DNA of 63,880 nucleotides, filler included, from Reticulomyxa filosa (GCA_000512085.1; 22 parts of 22 records of this genome joined end to end with filler, not necessarily neighbours in it); one strand, 5' to 3'. Positions 38,580 to 51,468 are shown, numbered from the whole stretch's first letter. Notes: a model not told the origin generated them from the letters alone. Program-made: numbers and translations.

Positions 38580-39371
38580 ATGGATGTATACCTAGGTGTT
38601 GGAAAAGAGAAAAAGAAGGAGGAGGGGGAGGAAAGTAATGAACTGGTCGACCCATCGGTGGTGATAATGGTGCAGCTGTGCCTATTGCTTGGAGGAGCGT
38701 ATTCGGTAGTGACAAGTTTATCGATGGTGTACTTATACAACGGACGTGAGATCAGCTGTGTGTATCCAGGACTGAGATACATCCTGTTCCTGATACATCG
38801 AGTGCTGCTGCAAAGCTACTTCCTGAAGCGTCTACGCTTAACTTTCCTGAACTCGATATACGCATACCCCAACTGGGTGTTCATTGTCGGCTACGTTGTG
38901 CAAATAGTGTCCGCCGTGGCCAGCTCTGTGTGGAACTTTACGCACTCTTTTGGCAACTGCAACAACCGTGAAGAAGTTATCGTGGGCCTAGCCTTTGGTT
39001 TTGTGTGCGACACGATCATCTGCTTCACGTTGTTGCTGCTGTTCGTGCGAAAGCTCCGTCTGGTCATGGCGCTCGTCTCTGCCACCAAAGTGTCGCATCC
39101 CGATATAAATGCAAGTGGTAAGGAGAAGAAAGATGAGGAGGATACTCGTATCAAACTTGTCATTGCCAAATTAACCATTTTGACATTCATTAGCGTCATC
39201 TCTAGTTTCGCTCTTTTGATCTTGTTTTTCTTCGTCTATTACATCGCCGCGATGATTGACTTCCTTGTCACCAGCATCGTTCTTCTGCTAAGCTTTCACG
39301 CTTACCACCGCTGCTTTGTTCTCTTTTGCCATCCTTGTCTCTTGTGCGCCATGCCGCATGACGCACTTTGA
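38580..39371 (+). CDS. Multi-pass (7TM/GPCR-like) membrane protein, possibly 5'-truncated
   Basis: About six hydrophobic helices, extracellular Cys residues, a charged loop before the last two helices and a Cys-rich tail (CHPCLLC). Confidence 0.6.
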   Translation: MDVYLGVGKEKKKEEGEESNELVDPSVVIMVQLCLLLGGAYSVVTSLSMVYLYNGREISCVYPGLRYILFLIHRVLLQSYFLKRLRLTFLNSIYAYPNWVFIVGYVVQIVSAVASSVWNFTHSFGNCNNREEVIVGLAFGFVCDTIICFTLLLLFVRKLRLVMALVSATKVSHPDINASGKEKKDEEDTRIKLVIAKLTILTFISVISSFALLILFFFVYYIAAMIDFLVTSIVLLLSFHAYHRCFVLFCHPCLLCAMPHDAL

Positions 39372-40074
39372 TCTACTATGCTAACGTTCTGTGCTAAATC
39401 TCTCCCTTTTTTTTTTGTCGACGGATAATCTGTAGATATATAACTTTGTGTTTTTTCTTAACTGAAACATGCTTCATATTATCTTTTATTTCTTTGATAG
39501 TACTAAAATATTTCTTTTTTAAAATAATAAGCAATTGGTAAGTAGATTTGAAAAAATCTTTATGAAAATATGTTTTGAAAGCAGTGTCTCTCGTTTTTTC
39601 ATCTCATATTTTTCCATAGTTCACTGCTTCCATTTTATTGTCAGTTTTTTTTTGGAAAAGGCTGGCATTCATGTTTTCCATTACTCTCACGCAATTTACT
39701 GACTGCTTTTTAACCACACAGTTCGGCAAAAAGATTCAGCGTAACACAAATATCCTGCTTAAAACGAAAGAGAAAAAAAGGTATTTAAATTTTTGAAAAA
39801 AAATGGAATTCTTTTGAATAATGCAGTTAAGGTGAAGTTTGAAGAAGTGGAATTTTTTTTTGCAAATGAATTATTATTGATCTCTTTTTAATCACTCAAT
39901 AGTTTACAACTCAGCAAAGCAAAAAAAAAGTATATAGCCAAATTCAAATCCTTATTAAGATCAAGCTACTTGAANNNNNNNNNNNNNNNNNNNNNNNNNN
40001 NNNNNNNNNNNNNNNNNNTTAATTAATTAANNNNNNNNNNNNNNNNNNNNNNNNNNNNNNNNNNNNNNNNNNNN

Positions 40075-40827
40075 ATGTCAGGATTATTGAAAGATAATAA
40101 GATTGATGAAATGTTTGACTTTTATGAACATCAAATTCCAAAATTATCACTCAAAAATAATCTCAACGTTAACTATAATAACATAATTACGTTAAAAAGT
40201 GTTGGATATTTGAAGAAAATGGAAGCATTGAATAGAAATGAAATTGATAAATTACCACATTATCATCAACAGTATTTGAACGTATTTTATAATGAATTAT
40301 ATCCATTAGTCAAAGATAAACCAATTCCTATTGATGACAAAGAGGTAGATAATTTATTGCGCTCATATGTATTATTACATAAAAGTAATTGGATGAATGC
40401 AGTGAAAGATGTTGAAAGGATATTATATCAAAAACCAAATCTTATTCACTCTTTAGATTATTGGGGGACTGATATATTCAATAAACGACAAATATTATTA
40501 GATTTCAGTTTGATGTCGACAGCAACAACAAATTTTATGTTGCGTTATTTGATGACATTGAAAAGAGATGAATTGAGACATAAGTTCAAAAATAGTGCAA
40601 TTAAAATATTGTGTGGAAAAGGTAAATATTCAAGAATCGCGAAGAAAGGAGTACATTACGAATCTCCAAAGAAGAATGATATTGAAGATGAATTAAGGAA
40701 ATGGAAGATTATAATTCGTTTAGAACAAGATAAATTTAATGAAGCAGTGTGGTGTTTGAATCAAAATGATGTATTATTGTTTTTTAAAACAGTTCCTCCT
40801 GGTGAAAATTGTTTAAAGTATAACTAG
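40075..40827 (+). CDS. C-terminal fragment of a PPR-SMR-like protein, paralog 2
   Basis: Starts at the contig edge with PPR-like MSGLLKDNKIDEMFDFYE; SMR-like LDFSLMSTATTNFMLRYL...IKILCGKGKYS...DIEDEL...NEAVWCL. Confidence 0.65.
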   Translation: MSGLLKDNKIDEMFDFYEHQIPKLSLKNNLNVNYNNIITLKSVGYLKKMEALNRNEIDKLPHYHQQYLNVFYNELYPLVKDKPIPIDDKEVDNLLRSYVLLHKSNWMNAVKDVERILYQKPNLIHSLDYWGTDIFNKRQILLDFSLMSTATTNFMLRYLMTLKRDELRHKFKNSAIKILCGKGKYSRIAKKGVHYESPKKNDIEDELRKWKIIIRLEQDKFNEAVWCLNQNDVLLFFKTVPPGENCLKYN

Positions 40828-41714
40828 GTTATATTCAAAATAAATCAGACTAAACTCTTTTGTTTTTTGCTATTATATTTTCAAGGAGAAGTAGTAAAGA
40901 ATACAGTTGCTTTCAAAAATGGCAAATGTATAATACTTATAATGAAAAATCGGTTTTCTTTAAATTTTTTTTTTTGGAGTATGTGCAAGCTTTTAAATGT
41001 GATGTTTTTTTAGGAGATGTTTTAGTTAAAAAATTACTTTTTCGTATTGCTTTTGCAAATATTGCAGGAAAATGATTAGCCATTATTAAAATTTATAATT
41101 TTTTGTGTTTCAAAAGTTTGCTATGTGGATATCTTTTCTGGAATTTAGATAAGATTGAAAAAAAAAAGAAACGTGGTTATCTTGTAGTAATTTACAAAAA
41201 AAATAGTACACCTGACATTTTCAATATTTTTAATATAAATTGTAATTTCGCTTTATTCTTTTGTTTTTTAGCTCACTTTTCTTTTACTCGAAAAGAAAAT
41301 AATCAGAGCAAATAATATTTTAAAAATTAGGATTAAATGCTTCTTTCGTGGAGAACGTCGATTATCTTTATAAAATGACATTATAAGCGGTCTTTTTTTT
41401 TTCAAACTCTGACACTGAAACTTGATGACAAAGAAGCAGAAAAATGAAGAGAAACTGTTTTCAACCAAATACAGTTTCTATTATCGGAATAAAACGATAA
41501 AAATCTGTTTGCATATTTACTTTATGACTTAAGTTTGATGTTTAACTTCAAAGCAGAACTTATTCAAAAAAGCAGTGTTTGCAAAACGTGAACCAAAAGG
41601 GGATTTTTTTTTTTTTTAGATTAAAAAAATAAAATTTTCTGTTGTAATAATTGTTATTTGAAAAAGTTAAAAAGAAAAGAATTTGAAAAAGGTATTTAAA
41701 GGAATACCGAGATA

Positions 41715-42438
41715 ATGAACATTTATACTAGAGAATCACAACCGCCAGTGGCCTATCAGTACAACATGGCAGTCGACACACACGTGGAGCCAGGAAGCGC
41801 TGGACACAGTCCAAATAATGTGTCTGAAAATGAGAGCGAGAATGGGGGTGTACGTGTAAATGTGAATGGGAATGTAGACGGTAACAAAAGTATAAACCGT
41901 AGCCAAGTGCCAAGTCAGGCGAGCGTAAAGAATCTGAAAGCTATGATCGTCTTAGAGCAGCAAGACGAAAGCGCAGACAAATTGAGCGATGTGTTGAGCA
42001 GTGCCATTGCTAACGAGGACGTCCAAAGATGGCTATTGCCTTATGCTCAAATCTTTACCGTTGGTGGAGGAGTCGGCTTTGCTTCCGGTCTGGTCATCAA
42101 AAAATTAGGAGGGACTGCCGTAAAGTATGGAGTGGGTACTGCGTTGGCCATTCAAGTAAAAACTATCATCATAAGCACATCAAACAAAACTGTGTCAAAT
42201 TATTTATCACTATTTTTTTTTGAGTGATCAAAAAAAAACGACCCCTTTTTTTTTCCTTTTTTCCTTTTTTTATTAGCTGCTATCGTATTCCGGATATATC
42301 GACTTCAATTGGGAAAAAATCAAAACTGATATTAATACGGTTGGAGACAGATTGCATGGCACTCAAGCCATGCAGTTCATTGTCACCAATATTGGCCCTA
42401 TTTTGGCTGGCTTTGGGCTGGGAATGCATTTTGGATAA
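41715..42438 (+). CDS. FUN14-domain mitochondrial outer-membrane protein; exons 41715-42155 and 42277-42438, 200 aa
   Basis: QIFTVGGGVGFASGLVIKKLG...LAIQ|LLSYSGYIDFNWEKI...LAGFGLG; clean GT-AG intron. Confidence 0.85.
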
Positions 42439-43567
42439 TCAATAGCGGGAGGGGGAAATTTTTTTCTTGTTTGAATTTTTGCGCATGAGTCCCCACCCTC
42501 TTTTCCTTTTTTTTTTGTTGTTTATTTTCTTTTGGTCATTTTCAATTTTTAGTTCGTATGCATGAAATTGTCTTTAAAAGCTGGAAAGAGGAAAAAGTGT
42601 AGAAGTATGTTAGGGGAAATGTTATGTCCATGAGACAAATCTATTTTTCACAAAATACCGAGATTTTGCTAGAAATTTCACATTGCTTCACTTTCAAACG
42701 TAGAGTATCTACGTCAAAATAAAAAAATTTGGAGTTTGATAAAAACAGAATTTGGAGAAAAAGGAGACAGATGTCGAAAATAAAAATATCTTTTACTTGA
42801 AGCCATTTTAAATTATTATTGAAACTTTTAAAAATGAAGAGCAAGGCCAGAAAAGGATTGTTCATTTTAATCATGACTTTGATATCATTTCCAACAAATA
42901 ATGGAATGCAAAAAAAAAATGGTCTATTAATATAAGCATAAAAAGATGTACACATGGAGAAGAAAAAATATAAGTCAGCGAATTTTTTGAAATATATTGG
43001 TAGCATTTGCTAGACAAAACAAACAAAACGTATAAACCTAAACAAACATCTAGACCTAATTAACAAACCAAAGGTTTCAAGCAAAAAAAAAAAAAACGAT
43101 TACACCCAAAAAAGAAGTTGGTCGCGTACACACCTTGAGGCATATGGTGAGAGAAATCGTGACCAACACAAATAACAAAACAAAATGCACAACAGCAAAT
43201 AAAAATAAACATATAATAATGATAATAATAAAAAAGAACCACAAAGAAAGGATACGATAAATTTGTTTCCTCTCTTTATATATTAAAAAACTTTCACAAC
43301 AAAAACAAAACAAAACAAAAAATTAATTCTAGTTTTCTCTCCTCCTTCTCCCGATTCCTTTATCATTGCACTGTCCATCTCATCAAAGAAGTAACAGATC
43401 TTTGAACCTTTTATAATAATACTAAATAAAAAAAAAAAAAAAAAGGAGACAGAGAAGGAGAAGAAAACAAAACAAAACAAATAGTTTATTTATAATTTAT
43501 AATTTTTTCTGTTTGTATATTTTGTTTAATAGTTTAGTTTTACTTTGAATAAATTTTTCTCTTATTC

Positions 43568-43885
43568 TCACTCCGGCCCCTGAGACATAGGCTGAGTGGA
43601 ACCAAAGGAAGTACGGCCTTGATAAACAATGTTTACGTCTTCTTCGTCGTTGTCTTCAGACCCGGGCCCCTTGCTGGAATTTTCACGAGAATGAGAACGC
43701 GAGTTGGTCGCGTTTTTGGTGTTGCCATTGCCGCCATTCGTATTGCTGCTCTTCTTCTTTTTGTTAAGCCTCAAAACTTTGGTTTGATCACTGTTCAACA
43801 CTTTCAGCACTGGGACTTCCAATTGCGGTGCACTTGCCCCTGGGCTGTGTTTTCTTGTAAACCTTGGATGGCCTGCTATTTATTT
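43568..43885 (-). CDS. Last exon of an unidentified protein
   Basis: GC-richer ORF runs from the contig edge to a stop, followed by an AT-rich 3' region. Confidence 0.45.
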
Positions 43886-44038
43886 NNNNNNNNNNNNNNN
43901 NNNNNNNNNNNNNNNNNNNNNNNNNNNNNTTAATTAATTAANNNNNNNNNNNNNNNNNNNNNNNNNNNNNNNNNNNNNNNNNNNNCAGATCAATAAAATA
44001 TCGGTCACATATTTCCAATGCTTGGTGTCGATAAAGTG

Positions 44039-44335
44039 ATGGAAAAACATGACACAATTATAATTAAATTGTATACTAAAGATATAGGTACAATAAAGGC
44101 AATTGCTGATACTTGAGCATCAATATGTGCGCCGATCGACTCTATTGTCCGTAAATACAAGCATTTAGTAACGAAGGATGCTCGTACGTTCATTGTGGCG
44201 CATGCAGGAGGATCAATCACACTACAATAAAAAATATAATTGAATCTAAAGGACATCAATAGCAAATCCATACCAATATTCAAGGAAAATTTCTATGTAG
44301 TGCCAAATCTGCATCATAACTTTATTCTATAAGCG
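44039..44335 (+). pseudogene. Retropepsin (LTR-retrotransposon aspartic protease) remnant
   Basis: One frame reads IKAIADT*ASIC (DTGAS motif with G changed to stop)...IVAHAGGSI...FYVVPNLHHNFIL; several stops. Confidence 0.6.
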
Positions 44336-44489
44336 CATTAGTCGACTAGGCTATGCATTGAGGTCGGAGCATAAAAAATTTGAGCAAGTACAATCGGATG
44401 AATATTGTAAGGTCAGGATTTGGAGTCAGTCGCTGGTAGTGAATCAACAGATAATAATGATGCAAACATTGTCAAAAACAAAATAGTAG

Positions 44490-44571
44490 TGAAGTTGGTT
44501 GAGGAGTTTTAGCCAACTGGGGACTCCCAGGTTCATTCAACGTTCAGATATTTATAGGGCCTTGCCCTACA
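44490..44571 (+). mobile_element. Candidate LTR 3' end
   Basis: GAGGAGTTTTAGCCAAC...GGCCTTGCCCTACA matches 47545-47620; lies just downstream of the protease remnant. Confidence 0.45.
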
Positions 44572-45063
44572 CACTTACACAAAACAAAAGAAAACAAACA
44601 AAGAAGCAAGTGTAAACTAAAAAAGCTCAGCTGACGACCTTGTAAAAAGGGTACAAATAACTTTTAAGCAAAAAAATTTGCTTGAATATACTGATTTACA
44701 TGTTTATTTGTCGTTTTATCATATTTTTTAAAAGCACTTTAAAAATCGTTGCATTCTTTGTTCATTTGCATCATTTATTGTCAAACATCATATTTTTGTA
44801 CAAATAAGATATACAATAAAAAAATTGATATCACCATATGTATATGTAATAATCTTATGATATCTTTTGATATTTTCATATTTTGTGTTATTACGCTTGT
44901 TTTTTTGTAATTTTTTCAAATTGTTATCAACAATTTTTAAATATTCACACAAAGTAAATAAAAAAAAATGATAAAAACATTAAGAAAGCAAGAGTTTAAA
45001 CATTAGAAAAGAAAAACTGACAAAAAAGAATTTTTTTCTCAAATGTCCATTAGTTGACCAATC

Positions 45064-46560
45064 ATGAGTCAACCATCCAAAAGACCAACTACTCCAATGC
45101 GTGGAGGGGATATTAGTTATCCAGCAACAACTCGACAGAGTAGCAATGCCATAATCTCAAGTAATTCTGGAACATTGCCCAGTCCATTGGGTCGGTCTCA
45201 AGTAAATATGCGCATAACGGATGACAGTAGCGAAGCATTCAAAGGACACGTTCGTTACAAAAAGCCACAAAAAATGTTTAGGAGAGCATTACATGGCATT
45301 CAGTAGTAATGAAGAAAGAGACAAAGCAGCAGCAGTATTACTTCGTTGTGGCCCGGCAAATGGGTATGTGTATTACATGAATAATAAATATTTATATTTA
45401 TATTTCCCACCTTTTTTTTTTTTAAAAAAATTTTCAACATAGTTTTTTTTTTTTAAATGTCCGTAAAAAAAAAATTTACGAAAAGCGCAAGTAATGGGTC
45501 TTCGATTCCACAAATCCCTCAATCGGAGACAAAGGCTGCATTGTCGTCTAGTCACAGTAACAGTAAGAGCGAACTCGAAGAGATCGACCCACAACAGCAA
45601 CAAGCTGTAGTTGAAATGTTTGAATCGTGGAAAACCAAGCATAATGGCGGAAAAGCGTTTGACGATGTTTGTTTATTATTATTTTTTTTTAAAAAAAAGA
45701 GATGAAAAAAAAAAAATGTTTGAAATGTGCATACATACAACCATTGAAAAAAGTTTTTGCGCCAACCGCACACAGTGCAATTGGGCAGCATGCAAGAGAT
45801 AGCCCAATTGCTGTCTGTGTTCTCCAAATCGGTGGTGACGAAGAATACAGGCTCGTCCTCTTTGATCGAAGACTTTGTATCGGCATCTGGTATCACATAT
45901 CTGTGTACATTGGGACTACACAATATACAAGACTCGCGCTGGCTTGCCTGCATTTTGGACACACAAGACGCCGACGGAGTTAACATTGGTTGTGGTATTC
46001 TTGAACACAGGTTTGTGTTTGTCAAATCTATTTATTTATTTTAAAAAAAAACAACAACAAAAAAATGTACATATGTATATTTTTATTTATTGTGCGATGT
46101 TTGTACTTTGAAACCGATTTGAACTTTCGATGTGCCTCTTTGCAGCTCATCAACGCTGCACTGGGCTATATGCCGGAGATCGATGAGCGAGTAATGGCAA
46201 TGCAGAATATGAGCGAACTTGGTTTCGACAGCATTTTGCAAGTTATTACTATTTCACATATACACACATACACGCACATGACATTTTATGAATCAATAAT
46301 ACTATCTATCATCAACATTTAATCAAAAAAAGGAAATGATGAAAAAATTGAATGATTTGGTAGCAAAGCTAACCGAAGATGGAGACATAAGTGATGAAGA
46401 AAATGCGAATGCATACAAAGAAATAAAATCGAACGGGACATAGGACAAAAAAACAGATGGGTGGTAGACGAAGAATTGATATACACGCAGTCACTTTGAT
46501 GGATGCGCGACAATCGAAAAAAGTTATTCGCAAAGTAATCGACAACGACGACATCATCGA
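45064..46560 (+). CDS. Formin-type GBD/FH3 domain gene (multi-exon, apparently truncated; no FH1/FH2 seen)
   Basis: LIEDFVSASGITYL; TDLNFRCASLQLINAALGYMPEIDERVMAMQNMSELGFDSIL resembles the FH3 consensus. Confidence 0.55.
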
Positions 46561-47387
46561 CTCACAATATGTGCTACTGTCACATCAACTGCAGCTATAT
46601 TACGAAATGAAAGACTAGGACGATCAACATGTGATTTGGAACAACACCAACTTGAGCGACCATGAACAAACGTATCCTTGCTGTTCAAAAAGGCACTGTG
46701 CGAAAAACACTTGCAAGACTTAACACATACTACATATGTTATAATTTTAATAAAATAAGATAACAATTTTTATTTTAACAAAACTTAAAAAATAATATAT
46801 ATAATGGCAAAAGCGTAATGTGCATAATCACTATGATTGACATAATATGTGCTATGATATGACGTGTATGCATTTATTCATCGTGATTTGCTTGGCTATT
46901 GTGAAATTTTCCGTTAGTTTCTAGTCATCGGTGACATTTCTTTTGTTTCTAAGTATCTTGATTACTTTCAATTTTTTCAATGCGTTGTGTGAATTTATTT
47001 TTGTTTCTGGTTCTTGTGACTTTCAGACATCAATGATGACTTTCTTTTTTTTGGAATCGGACTGTCTTTTTTAGTTAATGCGATATATATCCATTTCGAT
47101 ATTGGCATAAAGACATTTGGATGGTTAGCATTTTTGAGTTAATATTAACCTTTTTTTTTAAAATATAAATTAATAAATTGATTAAGTTTTTGTCTGATAA
47201 TGAACAAGCTTGTTTAATTTTTTTCAAATTATTATATATATGTTTAACATTCTTAAGATCGAAATAATGTTGTATGTAAAGAAAGCAATCGAATTGTTAA
47301 TAGAATAGAAAGAAAAGAAAATGCAAAATAAGATAAACAATTTATTGTAAAAATATTATTTTTTTATGTCCAAATAAAACAAACTTA

Positions 47388-47620
47388 TGTGGGGTGTCTA
47401 CAGTAGAGAGCTAAACTAAATGTAATACGAAAGTTTTTACTCAAATTGATAGTGGCTTTAAGTAAAACAAGGTAAACTGAATAACCAAAATGAATAACTC
47501 AATAAGCAAGAAGAAAGACAAAAACAAGAAGTGAAAAAAGTTTGGTGGAGAAGTTTAACCCAACGGGAGCTCATCAGTTCCATAAGAGCTCCGTCATTTG
47601 CAATATGGGCTTGCCCTACA
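47388..47620 (+). mobile_element. Candidate solo LTR (TGTGGGG...CCCTACA) with an internal hairpin
   Basis: Imperfect inverted termini; homology to 173-502 and 44490-44571; stem ACGG(G)AGCTC/GAGCTCCGT at 47563-47594. Confidence 0.45.
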
Positions 47621-47787
47621 TACATATGACATCATAAACGTACTGTTTTTCCTGATATGATAGAAATGTATGCGAAAGTAATAATCTAGAAACACAATAC
47701 GCTGCATTGTACTTGCAGCTAATTATTGAAGAATGAATATAAAGTAAAATTTATAATTACTAACTAGTCTGTTAGCGAGATTATAAT

Positions 47788-47871
47788 ACAGTAAGATAAA
47801 AAAGAAAGTTGACACCTAAAATGCCACTTTATAGAGATGATTGTGTTTCTCCATGAAAAAACAACATTTAA
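47788..47871 (+). repeat. Dispersed repeat; inverted copies at 52254-52340 (near-identical) and 54723-54795 (diverged)
   Basis: ACAGTAAGATAAAAAAGAAA.TTGACACCTAAAATGCCACTTTATAGAGA.GATTGTGTTTCTCCATGAAAAAACAACATTTAAT. Confidence 0.9.
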
Positions 47872-48139
47872 TCAAAATTTTTTTAAAAAAATATATACGA
47901 ATCGTGTAGTTTTTAAATATCATTTTGGTTTTTTAATAAGTCTTTACAATTTTTTCAAAAATTTTAATCTTTCATTTTCTTTAAAAAATTTTTTGTGGTG
48001 CCTGAGTATGATAAGATTTGTTTNNNNNNNNNNNNNNNNNNNNNNNNNNNNNNNNNNNNNNNNNNNNTTAATTAATTAANNNNNNNNNNNNNNNNNNNNN
48101 NNNNNNNNNNNNNNNNNNNNNNNTCCAGCAAAAAAAAAA

Positions 48140-49458
48140 TTACAGTTCAGGAATGTCTTGTGCATCGAAAAACGAGGTAGAAAAATCTTTGTTGGAAGAA
48201 ATGAAATTTTCGGAAGCACGTGCGTATTTGGGAATGAGTTTGGTATCTCGGAATTTGGCTAAAAAGAAGATGACAGTCCATACAATGAGGATGTAGACGA
48301 AGAGAATGAAATACCATAAAGCGTTAATCGGTTTCGACGGGTCGACAAAAAAGTAATCAAAATGTTCAGAAAACGAGTAATACAAATAAGCCCAGGACAA
48401 ATACACCAACATAAACAAAATAGCAAACGAGCCAAAATGAAAGTGAATTGGAATGCGATTAAGCATAAAGTCCGTATACAACACAACCACATTTAGACAG
48501 TGCATCGTTATTATTGAAAAATGCAGCATATCCTTTTTACCCCTTTTTGGGTTCATTTTTATTTATTTTATCGTACGGTAATGTTTTGTGTTTCAATGAT
48601 TTGTACATTTGTTTATAACAATTACAAAAAAAAAATAAAATTTCTAAACATCCTCCCCCTCCTTTTTTTGTTTGTTTTTCTCCAACCAAACTTTGCGTCT
48701 TGTTCCGGATACAAAATTGTCCATACTGTAATGTCAACCAATAGCGAACACGCAACTTCCACCTTTTCAAGAAATAAAATCAAAAAAATAAAAATAGAAT
48801 GAAAAAAACTGACAAATATATTTTAAACTTGAAACAAGAGCCAGGTGACACTTCTCCAAGCGCGAAACCAAAAAGTGGTCGACACACCACCATTATCCTT
48901 TTTTAGCAGATTCGCAATACCGAATATCCCAACAGACTTTTTTTTTTTTTGCAAAGGGGAAGGGGTTCATTTATAAGTTTTAGTTCCAACATTGTGTTAC
49001 TCTCCCTTTCTCGCTTTCCAATCACTTCAAGAATCAGTTATCAAATTTGCAAAAAATAAAAATAAAAAAAGAAAAAAAGGGTAAAGAAAATAAAGGAAAA
49101 ACGCAACTAAGAAATATAGCACTAGAATAGTAAAATTCCACGTGGTAAAGAAGGAAAGTGTTGTTGGCCAGTTTTCAACAATGACCACCAACCACACCGT
49201 ACACAAAAATACAAATACCACTATTCGATACAATGTTAACCATGTTGCTGGAATAAACGGAGACATTGCTAAGGGTTCTCCCATCGAGTTTTTTTGTACG
49301 GACGAACAACTTAACAAGTTTTTTTTCCAAGCAACACACACCCAAGCTGTTACCACGGCAAATCCTAAGACGTATATCAACGTTGGAGCCCAATCGAATC
49401 GTAACGGCTCGGCATCTGTTGTTGTTGTCAATATTGGATATTCAGTTGTTTTATTCAT
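48140..49458 (-). CDS. Rolling-stone-like multi-pass membrane protein (multi-exon)
   Basis: LYRIVVF...FFTTWNFTILVLYF; VVSTTFWF; MHCLNVVVLYTDFMLNRIP; YFFVDPSKP. Confidence 0.7.
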
Positions 49459-49951
49459 TTCTTGTCCTAAAATCTATCCCCGTTTTATTTTACGTTTTTG
49501 TTTCGAGGGGGAAAACGCTACAAGTTGCTCTGTTTTTTGCTTTTTCTATAGTAAGAGTTACAAAGTTTCTGTTCATGCATTTCGTTTTTGTTTAATTATA
49601 TGAACAAGATTCAGACTAACTTGTTTAATGTTTCACATCCACAACAAAAAGTTTGAATACAAGATTAGGTATGATCATGCTTATCAAGCTTTCAAAAAGA
49701 TGTGGAATAAACCAGTTCTTTTGCAGGTCTTTCAAAATATATTGCTTGGATTGAAAGATAGCGTTTTCACAAACAAGCAGCAATAATATAAAAAAATTTG
49801 CTAAATTATTGTTTATGTGCATATTTTAATCTTTTTTCAAATATAAGTTATAACTGTTGCATTCGAAAAATAAGCAGAAGTAAAGTTGTTCAAAAAGGGA
49901 AAGTTTTACTTGCGCCTTATCATTGCTTTCTATCACTAGCAAAGGTTCGCG

Positions 49952-50242
49952 ATGGCAGATATTTACGACCAAGCAAAAATTGCATATCATCAGCATTTGC
50001 CCCCTCCAGAAAATGTGGACGAGAGATGGCGATCAAAACATGGTTTGGAAGGGGTTTCAGACATGTTTCAAAGAATGGTAGACACATGTTACAAAAAATG
50101 TACTGAATACCGATTGCATCATATGGAGGGCGTATTGGGATCAGGCGAAGGAGTATGTTTAGACCGCTGTCTACTCAAATATAATCAAGTGCAAGCAATT
50201 GCCGGAATTCGGCTTCGTAGACATGGAATCACTCAAATGTGA
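49952..50242 (+). CDS. TIM10: Mitochondrial intermembrane-space small Tim chaperone
   Basis: DMFQRMVDTCYKKC...EG.L..GE.VCLDRCLLKY is a twin CX3C motif with the Tim10 signature. Confidence 0.85.
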   Translation: MADIYDQAKIAYHQHLPPPENVDERWRSKHGLEGVSDMFQRMVDTCYKKCTEYRLHHMEGVLGSGEGVCLDRCLLKYNQVQAIAGIRLRRHGITQM

Positions 50243-51468
50243 TGCTTCAGCAGAACATTATAATTTTGTATAAGAAATTTCCTATAAATCAGTGAAGGGG
50301 CCAATACAAACACCAAAATAATAGTCCACAACACGTTTTGATTTTTAATGTGTGAGGATAAAAAATTTTTTTTGGAAAATTTGTCAAATGGTTTATTCTC
50401 GCAGAATTTCAATTCGTGACAATTTTTTTTAGCAAAGAATAAACACACAAAAATAAAAGATTTACTAATGATAGAACGTGTAATTTACTGACTTAATTAC
50501 TCAAATTTTTTATTTCTACATTTTGATAAAATATACTGATTTACATGTCAAAACTTTTTAAAAAAGAGTTTATCCTTTGTTTTTGTTCCTCTCAAACAAA
50601 AATTTCTTTGAAGACAGATTGTCTTGCACAGTCAGAAATGATGTCCGATCAGTTAATAATATTTAAGTATCTGACTTGTGTGAACAGTGAATGAGACCAA
50701 GTGCAATATGAAAGGAACTAAGCTCCAAAAATAAGTTTCAGTAAAAAGAAAGTAAATTAATAACAAATAATTACAACAAAACAAAAACAAAATGTTATGT
50801 ATTATATTTGTTTGTTATTCGCAATATATATTAGAATATTGAAATTATTTGCAAGTTATCAAAATATGTACTATTTCAAATAATTATAAAATGCGACAGT
50901 GCTACAATCAATGTAATATGACAAAAGAAGTTGACATATTAAATAAATAATTAATCAAGCTATAATAAATAAAATTGTTACTATTTAAGTGTGTTAACTG
51001 CTTGTATTACACTTAAACACAAAAATCCACGACTATAACTTAAAATATGTTGAAATCGGGCATGTTTCATTCTGACTGCAGTGTATACTTGTGACTGTGA
51101 AGAATTTGAAGTAATGATTTTAAAAGTTTCCTTCACAAAGACCGTTTTACAACACAAAAACTAAAGGAAAAACTTTTAAAACTTTTAATTTTTGAATGGA
51201 AGAATGGAGAAATAAATTTTTTAAATGTATTTCCTTGTACAGTTTTTTTTAGAAGCCCCCAAGCGTAGTTTTAAATTCGTTTGATTTTTTATTCTTTCAA
51301 AATTTTTCCAAAATTTGGATTTTCGGAAAAAGGTTAGCACTAATTTTTTTTTGTATTTGTGGAATTTGACATTATTTTTTGGATTGTATTTCAGAAAATA
51401 AAATCTTAATTCGACATTACTTTTTTACGCGTTAAACAATTGCGTGTCAGTGTGAATATTTTTTATTG

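Noticed and set aside
44113-44116. In-frame TGA as selenocysteine or readthrough
   Set aside because: It replaces the Gly of DTGA in a frame with further TAA stops, which indicates pseudogene decay
44628-44660. Hammerhead-like CTGACGA plus stem (also CTGATGA near 25894 and on the minus strand near 47575)
   Set aside because: No GAAA after stem II and no supportable stems I and III
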